From positions 352,001 through 416,000 of the forward strand of contig CAWAOD010000005.1 of the NCBI GenBank assembly GCA_963783575.1: DNA of 64,000 nucleotides. Reading direction: 5' to 3'. A program made the translations under genes and the position numbers. The stretch is from an uncultured Spirochaetota bacterium (GTDB lineage: Bacteria > Spirochaetota > Brevinematia > Brevinematales > JAOACQ01). Positions within the stretch are counted from its first letter, which is position 1, and every line of letters begins with the position of its first letter. Shown in pieces: positions 9,574-19,039 of this stretch. The notes below the pieces were generated by a model that made no database searches, was not told the origin of the DNA, and worked only from the letters and a program-made list of their open reading frames with translations.

Positions 9574-10323
9574 TTACTCAACCTCTTTATTCAAATTTTG
9601 TATTCTGTAAGATTCTCCGCTCAAGTTATAAATATTTGAATGATGTAAAAGCCTATCCAGAAGAGCGGTTGTCATAATCGGGTCTCCCATCATTTCAGCC
9701 CAATCCTGAAATCCCTTATTCGATGTTATCACAATTGATGTCTTTTCATACAATTCACTTACAAGACTAAAGAATAGATTTGCCTCCTTCTTTTCGATAG
9801 GTGTGTAACCTATCTCATCAATGATTAATAAGTGTGACTTCATCATCCGGTTCAGCCTGAAAGCAGAGCTTCTCTGGATGTCCGCCGTTTTCAGAAACTT
9901 AATGAGAGTAGTCATCCTTTCAAAGCAGACAATATATCCCTTTTCAACTGCCCGGATTCCGATACTAATTGCCAGATGCGTTTTCCCCAGCCCCGGAGAC
10001 CCAAAGAACAACAGGTTATGATGATTATCAATCCAGCAGAAATCCAATAGCTGTGAAACATCCATTTTAGATATTCCATTCACTTTTTCAAAATTAAAAC
10101 CTTCCACATCTTTACGGACTGGGAAGTGTGCTCCTGCCATATTCCGCTGAAAACGTTTTTCCACTCTATAATTCAATTCCAGAGAAAGCAGCCTCTGCAG
10201 AAAACTCAGATAAGACTCTTTTGCCTTTTCAGCCTCACCAATTTCCTCATCAATCCGTTTTATCATACCATTCAACCCGAGAGTTGTAAGCGCAGTTATG
10301 ATTTGTTCTCTTATCTTCAACAT
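9574..10323 (-). CDS. istB: IS21 helper ATPase IstB
   Basis: GSPGLGKTHLA Walker A, LLIIDEIGY Walker B, ALLDRLLHH, GESYR. Confidence 0.93.
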   Translation of the reverse strand: MLKIREQIITALTTLGLNGMIKRIDEEIGEAEKAKESYLSFLQRLLSLELNYRVEKRFQRNMAGAHFPVRKDVEGFNFEKVNGISKMDVSQLLDFCWIDNHHNLLFFGSPGLGKTHLAISIGIRAVEKGYIVCFERMTTLIKFLKTADIQRSSAFRLNRMMKSHLLIIDEIGYTPIEKKEANLFFSLVSELYEKTSIVITSNKGFQDWAEMMGDPIMTTALLDRLLHHSNIYNLSGESYRIQNLNKEVE

Positions 10324-11870
10324 TGCCGGCCCCCGATGGAGTCACAGAGTCTCTGGTATTTCCCGATGTCTGATTTAGCTACTTCAAGATAGTGTTCAGG
10401 ATTCACTGAAGGCCTGACAATCTTTTCAACATTCAAGGGTATTTCTGCCTTTTCTGTTATAAAACAGTTCAGGTAATTATCCCACAAATCCTTCATGGAA
10501 TAACTATCACTCTCCAGGCAGTTTGAGATCGCTTGTGTAAGCTTCCCGGTATCAATTATCTTGTCCCTGAAGTATTTTCTTCCGGAAAGACATTGGTCCC
10601 TTACATAACGATTGAACTTCCTGAAATTACATTCAAGAAAATCCTTCCAGCCGGGAATATCAAAGTACCCGCTTACTTCTTCTTTCAATAACTGCACAGT
10701 CTTTCCCATTTCCCGGATCATTGCCCTGTTGGTTACAATCTGCCCCGGAATCACTGAAAGCCGGTATTCGGCGATTTGCTCTCCCGTTATCCTGTCAAAG
10801 ACAAAAAGCCGACTGCCCGTCTTGTAGATGTCCACCGAACCGTTCCTGTATTTTTCGGGAATATCATACTGGCTTGCATCAACTGCGATCCGGCATTTAT
10901 CGCTTACACTGCGCTCTTCCCTTGCTCCTATCCTGTCTTTACGGAATATCGAATTCCTGACAGATTGGAGATATGGTCTTTCCGTTTCAATCTCTATCAG
11001 CGGTATTTTCATTGTAGCCTGGGATATTCTCCCGTTGGCTTTTCTTTCCAGCCATTTCATCAGGCTTTCTTCCGCTTCCATTAAACTGTTGAACTCCCGG
11101 ACTGAGAAGAAACCGTGCTTGATGAATTTGACTACGTTTTCAATCTTTCCCTTACTTTCCGGGTCAGCAGGTCGGCACACATACATTTTAAGACCCATTT
11201 CCCCGATGAAATACTGAAAGTCTTTCGTGTAGATGATATCGCCTGAGTTCTCACTCGCAACCATCGTGCAGTCCTGATCGATGACAAGTTCATGCGGTAT
11301 CCCGCCCATATATGCGAAACAGTCCAACAGATGATTGATCAGGTCTTCTGTCCGGAATGGCCTCTCCTGGAGGGCCGCATACTTAAAACGACTGGCGGAT
11401 AACACCGCGGCAAATATGTAATACCTTCTGCCATATCTGTCGGTATATTGACCGAAATCAAGCTGGAGCTGCTTTCCATATGGCATGTCAGGCACTTTTG
11501 TGTAATACCGGCGCTTTTCATTCAAGGTAAGCTGCCCGCTTTCAATCAGGTAATGTACGAAATTCCTCATCGTATTTTCATTCGCCGGTAGTTTGCCTTT
11601 TACCTCCAATAAATAGTCATACACAGCAGACATATTCAGCCGGATGTAATCATTCTTTTCATATACTTTCAATATGTCTGTTTTTATTCCTTCGAATTCT
11701 TTTTCACGGAAAGAGAATTCCATCAGGCTTTTCTGGTATTCGGAATCGTTCATAGCCCAATATTTTCGGACTGTCTTAATATCTATTGACAGTTCCCGGG
11801 ATACACCATTTTTACTTTTCCCCAAAAGTTTCAGTTTTTTTATGTCCTGATACATAATATTTTTCACCAT
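10317..11870 (-). CDS. istA: IS21 transposase IstA
   Basis: N-terminal HTH, GKQLQLDFG, LVIDQ, PESKGKIENVVKFIK. Confidence 0.92.
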   Translation of the reverse strand: MVKNIMYQDIKKLKLLGKSKNGVSRELSIDIKTVRKYWAMNDSEYQKSLMEFSFREKEFEGIKTDILKVYEKNDYIRLNMSAVYDYLLEVKGKLPANENTMRNFVHYLIESGQLTLNEKRRYYTKVPDMPYGKQLQLDFGQYTDRYGRRYYIFAAVLSASRFKYAALQERPFRTEDLINHLLDCFAYMGGIPHELVIDQDCTMVASENSGDIIYTKDFQYFIGEMGLKMYVCRPADPESKGKIENVVKFIKHGFFSVREFNSLMEAEESLMKWLERKANGRISQATMKIPLIEIETERPYLQSVRNSIFRKDRIGAREERSVSDKCRIAVDASQYDIPEKYRNGSVDIYKTGSRLFVFDRITGEQIAEYRLSVIPGQIVTNRAMIREMGKTVQLLKEEVSGYFDIPGWKDFLECNFRKFNRYVRDQCLSGRKYFRDKIIDTGKLTQAISNCLESDSYSMKDLWDNYLNCFITEKAEIPLNVEKIVRPSVNPEHYLEVAKSDIGKYQRLCDSIGGRQC

Positions 11871-12075
11871 TCCTGCCTTCCTTTAATGAATTTTCATTAA
11901 AGGTAATCTTCAAGCCTCTCTATGGGAAATCTGTTTGTGACAGGTATGGGAATTTCATTTATTGCTACCCTGGTAAATTAGTTTATCATTCCACCATGAT
12001 ATTTTATCAATTACAATAATCCTGTGCAGTACGCCAGTACTGCTGGCGACACGAGGTCGCACGGCTTTACGGCAA

Positions 12076-12220
12076 CTATTGTTTGAAAAGAACCTTATGG
12101 GTCAAATTGATTTGAAAACTTTTATGTTTAGTTCTATAATGAAACAATAAGTGTTTCGTCAGGAATAAAAGTGTTACCATTGTCTTGACGCATATGTGTT
12201 ACCCATGTCTTGAAGTCGGA
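12076..12220 (+). mobile_element. IS481-like 3' remnant; second copy at about 15573-15690
   Basis: Residual frame LLFEKNLMGQIDLKTFMFSSIMKQ* (stop 12148-12150) followed by repeated GTGTTACC(C)ATGTCTTGA, typical of IS481 ends. Confidence 0.55.
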
Positions 12221-12467
12221 ACGGCGCTTTAGTGTTTAAAAAGTCCGCCGTCCTTGACGGAATTAAAAAATAGATTATTAATGGTTGGAATCGGTTGAAA
12301 TGAGTGGAAAGATGTTCATCAGATAATTTTTTTTCTGAGATTATGAAATTTTTAATACCCCTAGATTAATACCCCTAGATATTATTGTTATAGTCTGTTA
12401 TACTTGACAACTAGTGATACCAGAAGTAATTTCTCTCATAATTTAAAGACTCTTTTAGGAGGCAGTT

Positions 12468-13037
12468 ATGAGAAGTTTGATTGAGGCAACCTTTATGAGC
12501 ATCGATGGTGTTATTGATGCTCCAAAATTAGTAGAAGAGGCACAACCGTATTGGCTAAAAGACGAGGAAAATGCAAAGTATTCCTACAATCTCCTATTCA
12601 ATGCTGACGCATTACTTCTCGGCCGAAAAACGTATGAAGTTTTCGCAAAAGCATATCCAAATATGGCAAGTTCAACACCCGAAGTTCAGAAAGATTTTGT
12701 GGATCGTATGAATACTATCCCAAAATATGTTGCCTCAACAACCCTTACTCAGACAATATGGAATGCATCTATCATCAAAGACAATATTGCCGAAGAAGTC
12801 TTCAAGCTAAAACAGCAATCAGGCCAAAACATTCTGAAATACGGAACCGGTATACTTGACCATTTGCTGATAGAACATAACTTGATCGATTTTTTATATA
12901 TTTATTTGTATCCTTTCGTCTTTGGGCATGGTATAAGGCTCTTTGAAGACATAAGAGCAAGTAAGCATCTGAAACTTGTTGAAACTACAACTTTCAAGAG
13001 CGGCACTTTGATCCTTAAGTATAGTTGCAAGACATAG
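12468..13037 (+). CDS. Dihydrofolate reductase-like (RibD C-terminal domain) protein
   Basis: MSIDGVID, LLLGRKTYE, PKYVASTTL, PFVFGHGIRLF. Confidence 0.88.
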   Translation: MRSLIEATFMSIDGVIDAPKLVEEAQPYWLKDEENAKYSYNLLFNADALLLGRKTYEVFAKAYPNMASSTPEVQKDFVDRMNTIPKYVASTTLTQTIWNASIIKDNIAEEVFKLKQQSGQNILKYGTGILDHLLIEHNLIDFLYIYLYPFVFGHGIRLFEDIRASKHLKLVETTTFKSGTLILKYSCKT

Positions 13038-13123
13038 CGGCTTCAATAATAAAAATGTTATTACCATTTCAAACGGCATCCATGCCGTTTTTGTACTGAC
13101 TTTTGCCAAGCCCTTTGTCTAAC

Positions 13124-13377
13124 AGCCTTGTAGAAAAAGTCTAATTTATATCCATACAGTTCTAAAAAATTTCATTAGCCGGAAAACACCGATTTTCTAT
13201 ATGTTGAGAAGATACTGCTTAAATGCCCCCGCAGTATGAGCGCCATTTCTGATTGAGCTTCACTCTAATCAAAGGGAATCTTGGTATAACAACCGTTGTT
13301 ATTTCCCTATAATGAGCAATCGACTTTTTCAAATTTCGCGGACAGGAAGTCCGCGACCTAAGCCTGCCCTGAGTTTG
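13124..13377. repeat. Structured spacer element, 5' module; copies at 16426-16679 (close) and 7960-8040 (partial)
   Basis: Starts RGCCTWRTAGAAAAAGTCT in all three; long near-identity between 13124-13377 and 16426-16679. Confidence 0.85.
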
Positions 13378-13476
13378 CAGACTGTGTGAAAACTCGGCTT
13401 TTTGAAGCGTAATTCTATATTTTCCGTTTTGTAACTTCTATAAATACATAATGAAAAATTGTTTTCACACAGCCTG
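13378..13476. mobile_element. 99-bp MITE with IS1182-type ends
   Basis: CAGACTGTGTGAAAAC ... GTTTTCACACAGCCTG flanked by TTG/TTG; interior unrelated to the adjacent IS. Confidence 0.88.
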
Positions 13477-13479
13477 TTG

Positions 13480-13783
13480 ACGAAGGGAGCGCAGCAGGAC
13501 TGCAAAGTGAGGCTCTTTAATTATGAGAAAATCTTTAATAAAACCCGGAATAACAACACCTCATTGAATAGGCACAAGGATGTGCCATGACAAATTTACT
13601 TTGATTACACAGGCAGCAGAACGGTTTGCTCGCTTATAAGCTTGGGAAGTTCTGCCAGCAACACGATGTTGCAGAAATGGCGTTAATGCGTAGGGGTGGT
13701 TCTTTCTTCGCATACCTTCTTCCTTGCCATCAAGAAAGAAGGTGTGAAAGCCAGATTTGGAGCAAGAGCCTGCCCTGAGCTTG
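13480..13783. repeat. Structured spacer element, middle module; part repeated at 19089-19126
   Basis: Hairpins GGCAC-AAGGAT-GTGCC, GCAAC-ACGAT-GTTGC and ACCTTCTTCCTTG..CAAGAAAGAAGGT. Confidence 0.7.
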
Positions 13784-15474
13784 CAGACTGTGTGAAAACT
13801 CAGTAAAATTTTATAGTAAAATCGATTAATTATACAAAGACTCCATTTTTTGATATATTTTTCAAGCTAAAAAAATCTTAGTTTAAAAAATCTATCCGAA
13901 TACGATAAACGATGGTTTATTAGCATCAAACCAGAGTCATAAGTCTCTTTATTCCCAATATATTCAATACTTTTATTAAATTATGAATGAATCCTGCCAA
14001 ACTGGATTCCGTCAGAACGCCATCCTTTCCCTTCATTAAAAAATAACTGTAACCCATATTCCTTTTTATCGATCCAAATGGATGTTCACATATCTCTTTC
14101 CTTTTCTCTATGATCTTTTTCCCGGCTTCAGAACGAATTTTCCTCTTGAAGTTCTCAATTTCTTCTTTTCTAACTGGTACTTTGATACTTCGTCCTTCCA
14201 CGCTTTCAGTACACTTATTTCTTACTTCACATTGGCTGCATAAGCCGCACTTGTACCTGACTATCTCTTTTCCTCCATTGACCTTCTCTACTTTTTTCCC
14301 ATTTCTCACTAATGGGTTTCCCTCCGGACAATAATAAACATTTTGTCCCGGATCATATTTGAATTTATCAACCTGGTATTCTTCAGCAGGTACTCCTTTA
14401 TTATCTTCTTTGCCTCGAATCCTTGCCTTATGTCCGTCATCCGGATTCGGCATATATACGTTATGTCCCTTATCTATACATTCCAGTATCTGCGGTTCGC
14501 TGTAATAACCGGCATCCGATACTTTGACCGTTTCAGTCTCTACCTTAAGCTCGTCCTTTATTTCTTCTACTCGGTCACACATTCCTGCCATCTGTTTGAT
14601 ATCATTGTTTTCATTCGTCACATCAATCACCACAATCAGTTTATTCGCATCATCTACTGCCATCTGCAGATTATATGCAATGTCGGATTTCCCTTTATCA
14701 TTCATAAACCGGCTTTCCGGGTCATTTGAATAATATTTCTCCATTTCAGGATTTCCCTCAAAAATCTTTTTAATAGCCTCAACTTTATCCTTTTTTGTTT
14801 TCATTTTCTTTAAACGTTCCGCTATCTTTCCGGAAAGAAATTCAAATTCATTCTTTTCTTCCTTATCGTTCTTATCCATCTCATTCAAATATTCTTCGAT
14901 CTTTTGATCTATTCTATGTATGATTTCTTCTATGTTTTTCCTATGATAAACATTGTTATTGTGGTTTTGCGCACTGATCTTGGTTCCATCAATTCCAACA
15001 ACGTCAAATGATAAAAGCCCGGCTTTATGACATATCTTCAAAAATTCTCTGAATATCGACTGTATTCCCTTCTTATTATCTTTCCTGAAGTCGGCAATCG
15101 TCTTGAAATCCGGCGCTAGTCGTCCAGTCAGCCACATCAACTCTGTGTTTCTTCGGCACTCTCTCTCTAATTTCCTGCTTGTCCTGATTTTATTCAAATA
15201 TCCGTAAATATAGATTTTTAAAAGTATTTCGGATTTATATGAACTTCTGCCGGTTGATGCTTCTTTTACTTTAAAACCAACTCCTTTCATATTTAGCTTA
15301 TCAACAAAAATATCTATAAACCTTACCGGATCTTCTTCTCCTAACAGATCTTCCAGTGTTTCATTGAACAGAACTATCTGATCCCTTGATTCTCCCTCAA
15401 TATGCTTCATCTTTTACTCCGATTATTTTTGTTCTAATAATTATAGCATATTTACTGTGTTTTCACACAGTCTG
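13784..15474 (-). mobile_element. IS1182-family element, copy 1 (1691 bp)
   Basis: Perfect 16-bp IRs CAGACTGTGTGAAAAC / GTTTTCACACAGTCTG; TTG duplicated at 13781-13783 and 15475-15477. Confidence 0.93.
13926..15410 (-). CDS. IS1182-family transposase
   Basis: SRKLERECRRN..MWL, PDFKTIADFRK, IDGTK, DAGYYS, CP.G/CxxC, EHPFGSIK. Confidence 0.93.
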   Translation of the reverse strand: MKHIEGESRDQIVLFNETLEDLLGEEDPVRFIDIFVDKLNMKGVGFKVKEASTGRSSYKSEILLKIYIYGYLNKIRTSRKLERECRRNTELMWLTGRLAPDFKTIADFRKDNKKGIQSIFREFLKICHKAGLLSFDVVGIDGTKISAQNHNNNVYHRKNIEEIIHRIDQKIEEYLNEMDKNDKEEKNEFEFLSGKIAERLKKMKTKKDKVEAIKKIFEGNPEMEKYYSNDPESRFMNDKGKSDIAYNLQMAVDDANKLIVVIDVTNENNDIKQMAGMCDRVEEIKDELKVETETVKVSDAGYYSEPQILECIDKGHNVYMPNPDDGHKARIRGKEDNKGVPAEEYQVDKFKYDPGQNVYYCPEGNPLVRNGKKVEKVNGGKEIVRYKCGLCSQCEVRNKCTESVEGRSIKVPVRKEEIENFKRKIRSEAGKKIIEKRKEICEHPFGSIKRNMGYSYFLMKGKDGVLTESSLAGFIHNLIKVLNILGIKRLMTLV

Positions 15475-15477
15475 TTG

Positions 15478-15572
15478 ACGAAGGGATGCTCCATGATATT
15501 TTTTCAATTACAATAATCCTGTGAAGTACGCCAGTACTGCTGGCGACACGAGGTCGCACGGCTTTACGGCAA
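15478..15572. repeat. Structured spacer element, 3' module; copies at 11994-12075 and 18374-18470
   Basis: CCATGATATTTT..CAATTACAATAATCCTGTG.AGTACGCCAGTACTGCTGGCGACACGAGGTCGC.CGGCTTT.CGGCAA in three places. Confidence 0.88.
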
Positions 15573-15712
15573 ATATGGTTTAAAAAGAATCTTATGGATC
15601 AGATTGATTTGAAAACTTTTATGTTTAGTTCTATAATGAAACAATAACTTGTTTTAGGAATAAAAGTGTTACCCATGTCTTGAGGTCGGACCCTATCAGC
15701 CTTTAGTTTAAT

Positions 15713-15741
15713 TTGACATTACACATTGTATTGTGTATAAT
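15713..15741 (+). promoter_or_regulatory. Consensus sigma70 promoter with overlapping palindromic operator of the TA operon
   Basis: TTGACA-17 bp-TATAAT; TACACA-N6-TGTGTA at 15720-15737. Confidence 0.8.
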
Positions 15742-15762
15742 AATGTATATTTGGAGGTAATT

Positions 15763-15969
15763 ATGGCAACTAATTTAAACATTGATATAGAGTTATTAGA
15801 TGCGGCATATGATATTAGCGGATTGAAAACAAAAAAAGAAACAGTGAACTTAGCTTTAAAAGAATTTATTCAGCGGCATAAACAAAAAGAAATACTAAAA
15901 TTTTTAAACAAGATTGATTATGATGACTCCTATGACTATAAAAATGAAAGAAATAGGATTCAAAAATGA
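15763..15969 (+). CDS. vapB: VapB-type antitoxin (DUF2191/RHH-like); start at ATG 15763
   Basis: MATNLNIDIELL...GLKTKKETVNLALKEFIQR; GGAGG RBS; overlaps toxin start (ATGA). Confidence 0.85.
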   Translation: MATNLNIDIELLDAAYDISGLKTKKETVNLALKEFIQRHKQKEILKFLNKIDYDDSYDYKNERNRIQK

Positions 15970-16397
15970 AGATTTTAGTTGATACATCTGTTTGGTCTGA
16001 AGCATTACGAAGAAAAGATAGTTCTTTAAAATCAGAAGATACTTTCATTTACCAACTTGTTACAAACGATGAAATAGTTATTTTAACTGGAATAATATTA
16101 CAAGAAATATTAACAGGTATAAATAGTAATAAACTTTTTCATAATATTCAAAATACCCTGAGAGATTTTAGTTTTATAGAACCAGGAATTGAAGATTATA
16201 TTTATGCCGCTGAATTGAAAAACAAGTTGATGAAAAAAGGTATAAATGCAGGGTCAATAGATTTTCTTATTGCAAGTATTGCAATAAATAATGAACTATA
16301 TCTTGCAACTTATGATAATGATTTTGATAATATTTCCAAAAATAGCAATTTAAAAGTAATTACTCAAGAAAATTATAAGAATATGAAGAAATTTTAA
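15966..16397 (+). CDS. vapC: VapC PIN-domain toxin
   Basis: ILVDTSVW, ILQEILTG, IDFLIA, TYDNDF: acidic PIN tetrad. Confidence 0.9.
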   Translation: MKILVDTSVWSEALRRKDSSLKSEDTFIYQLVTNDEIVILTGIILQEILTGINSNKLFHNIQNTLRDFSFIEPGIEDYIYAAELKNKLMKKGINAGSIDFLIASIAINNELYLATYDNDFDNISKNSNLKVITQENYKNMKKF

Positions 16398-16679
16398 ATA
16401 AACAGGCGGTAAAACGTGGCACAACGGCCTAGTAGAAAAAGTCTGGTTTACATCCATCCGGTTCTAAAAATTTTATTAGCCGGATAGCAGAAATTTTCTA
16501 TATGTTGAAAAGATACTGCTTAAGTGCCCCCCGCAGTATGAGCGCCATTTCTGACTAATCTTCACTCTGATCAAAGGGAATCTTGGTATAACAACCGTTG
16601 TTATTTCCCTATAATGATCAATCGACCTTTTCGTATTTCGCGGACAGGAAGTCCGCGACCTAAGCCTGCCCTGAGTTTG

Positions 16680-18370
16680 CAGACTGTGTGAAAACTCAGT
16701 AAAATTTTATAGTAAAATCGATTAATTATACAAAAACTCCATTTTTTGATATATTTTTCAAGCTAAAAAAATCTTAGTTTAAAAAATCTATCCGAATACG
16801 ATAAACGATGGTTTATTAGCATCAAACCAGAGTCATAAGTCTCTTTATTCCCAATATATTCAATACTTTTATTAAATTATGAATGAATCCTGCCAAACTG
16901 GATTCCGTCAGAACGCCATCCTTTCCCTTCATTAAAAAATAACTGTAACCCATATTCCTTTTTATCGATCCAAATGGATGTTCACATATCTCTTTCCTTT
17001 TCTCTATGATCTTTTTCCCGGCTTCAGAACGAATTTTCCTCTTGAAGTTCTCAATTTCTTCTTTTCTAACTGGTACTTTGATACTTCGTCCTTCCACGCT
17101 TTCAGTACACTTATTTCTTACTTCACATTGGCTGCATAAGCCGCACTTGTACCTGACTATCTCTTTTCCTCCATTGACCTTCTCTACTTTTTTCCCATTT
17201 CTCACTAATGGGTTTCCCTCCGGACAATAATAAACATTTTGTCCCGGATCATATTTGAATTTATCAACCTGGTATTCTTCAGCAGGTACTCCTTTATTAT
17301 CTTCTTTGCCTCGAATCCTTGCCTTATGTCCGTCATCCGGATTCGGCATATATACGTTATGTCCCTTATCTATACATTCCAGTATCTGCGGTTCGCTGTA
17401 ATAACCGGCATCCGATACTTTGACCGTTTCAGTCTCTACCTTAAGCTCGTCCTTTATTTCTTCTACTCGGTCACACATTCCTGCCATCTGTTTGATATCA
17501 TTGTTTTCATTCGTCACATCAATCACCACAATCAGTTTATTCGCATCATCTACTGCCATCTGCAGATTATATGCAATGTCGGATTTCCCTTTATCATTCA
17601 TAAACCGGCTTTCCGGGTCATTTGAATAATATTTCTCCATTTCAGGATTTCCCTCAAAAATCTTTTTAATAGCCTCAACTTTATCCTTTTTTGTTTTCAT
17701 TTTCTTTAAACGTTCCGCTATCTTTCCGGAAAGAAATTCAAATTCATTCTTTTCTTCCTTATCGTTCTTATCCATCTCATTCAAATATTCTTCGATCTTT
17801 TGATCTATTCTATGTATGATTTCTTCTATGTTTTTCCTATGATAAACATTGTTATTGTGGTTTTGCGCACTGATCTTGGTTCCATCAATTCCAACAACGT
17901 CAAATGATAAAAGCCCGGCTTTATGACATATCTTCAAAAATTCTCTGAATATCGACTGTATTCCCTTCTTATTATCTTTCCTGAAGTCGGCAATCGTCTT
18001 GAAATCCGGCGCTAGTCGTCCAGTCAGCCACATCAACTCTGTGTTTCTTCGGCACTCTCTCTCTAATTTCCTGCTTGTCCTGATTTTATTCAAATATCCG
18101 TAAATATAGATTTTTAAAAGTATTTCGGATTTATATGAACTTCTGCCGGTTGATGCTTCTTTTACTTTAAAACCAACTCCTTTCATATTTAGCTTATCAA
18201 CAAAAATATCTATAAACCTTACCGGATCTTCTTCTCCTAACAGATCTTCCAGTGTTTCATTGAACAGAACTATCTGATCCCTTGATTCTCCCTCAATATG
18301 CTTCATCTTTTACTCCGATTATTTTTGTTCTAATAATTATAGCATATTTACTGTGTTTTCACACAGTCTG
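16680..18370 (-). mobile_element. IS1182-family element, copy 2 (1691 bp)
   Basis: Same IRs and TTG duplication; identical protein; one non-coding difference noticed (13839 G vs 16735 A). Confidence 0.93.
16822..18306 (-). CDS. IS1182-family transposase
   Basis: Identical translation to 13926-15410. Confidence 0.93.
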   Translation of the reverse strand: MKHIEGESRDQIVLFNETLEDLLGEEDPVRFIDIFVDKLNMKGVGFKVKEASTGRSSYKSEILLKIYIYGYLNKIRTSRKLERECRRNTELMWLTGRLAPDFKTIADFRKDNKKGIQSIFREFLKICHKAGLLSFDVVGIDGTKISAQNHNNNVYHRKNIEEIIHRIDQKIEEYLNEMDKNDKEEKNEFEFLSGKIAERLKKMKTKKDKVEAIKKIFEGNPEMEKYYSNDPESRFMNDKGKSDIAYNLQMAVDDANKLIVVIDVTNENNDIKQMAGMCDRVEEIKDELKVETETVKVSDAGYYSEPQILECIDKGHNVYMPNPDDGHKARIRGKEDNKGVPAEEYQVDKFKYDPGQNVYYCPEGNPLVRNGKKVEKVNGGKEIVRYKCGLCSQCEVRNKCTESVEGRSIKVPVRKEEIENFKRKIRSEAGKKIIEKRKEICEHPFGSIKRNMGYSYFLMKGKDGVLTESSLAGFIHNLIKVLNILGIKRLMTLV

Positions 18371-18522
18371 TTGACGAAGGGATGCTCCATGATATTTTTT
18401 CAATTACAATAATCCTGTGCAGTACGCCAGTACTGCTGGCGACACGAGGTCGCTCGGCTTTGCGGCAACTAAGCCTCGATTGTTGTAAAAATGATAGAAG
18501 AATAACACTACAAGGAAATGGT

Positions 18523-19039
18523 ATGATACTTCCCAAAATCCGTGATAAAAGATTTATCACAGTTCGTCGTGGTGGCGTGTTATTGGACGAAGACCATCAT
18601 CTATTGGCGATTTGGACAGCGCAATGTGCTCAGCATGTATTGCACTATTTTGAAGAAGTTCGTCCAAATGATGACCGTCCACTTCGTGCAATTGAATTAA
18701 CTCATGCATGGGGTAAATGGAGAAATTACAGTGAGACAAGCCCTGGATGCCGCAGGTGCATCAAATGCGGCAGCAAGAGAATTGTCCGGTGCAGCAAAAT
18801 ATGCGGCTTTATCCGCTGGCCAGGCTATTGCTGTAGCTCATGTTGCTGCACATGAATTGGGTGCAGCTGCCTACGCAATCAGGGCCGTAATGGCTGCATC
18901 TTCAGAAGATAAAAAGGATTTTGTTAAATATCAGGAATGTCAATGGCAACGAGACAGGCTTCCGGAAAAAATTCGTGATCTTGTTATTGACGATCAACGA
19001 TTGCGAAATGATATATGCTGGTTTGTTTTTAATTGTTAA
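18523..19039 (+). CDS. Imm5-like putative immunity protein, with an apparent extra G at 18710-18713
   Basis: MILPKIRDKRFITVRRGG...HHLLAIW...PNDDRP joins AAKYAALSAGQAIAVAHVAAHELGAAAYA...ECQWQ if one G is removed. Confidence 0.75.

Larger units (their letters stand above)
9459..11993 (-). mobile_element. IS21-family element (ends approximate; no target duplication seen)
   Basis: istA-istB pair; multiple TTTCCCA(TA) sub-terminal repeats at 9475-9556 and their complements at 11921-11978; TG...CA-like ends. Confidence 0.8.

Noticed and set aside
13124..15559. Spacer as an ORF-less group II intron on the - strand (GTGCG at one end, attC-like site at the other)
   Set aside because: No recognisable domain V/VI near the putative 3' end, one copy reads GAGCG, and no RT is in the window. 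A covariance search would settle it.
11994..18470. CRISPR array
   Set aside because: Repeats are long, irregularly spaced and separated by genes or ISs; no cas genes.
18382..18522. N-terminal extension of the 157-aa ORF and the opposite 70-aa ORF
   Set aside because: They read through the non-coding repeat; the recognisable protein starts at 18523.
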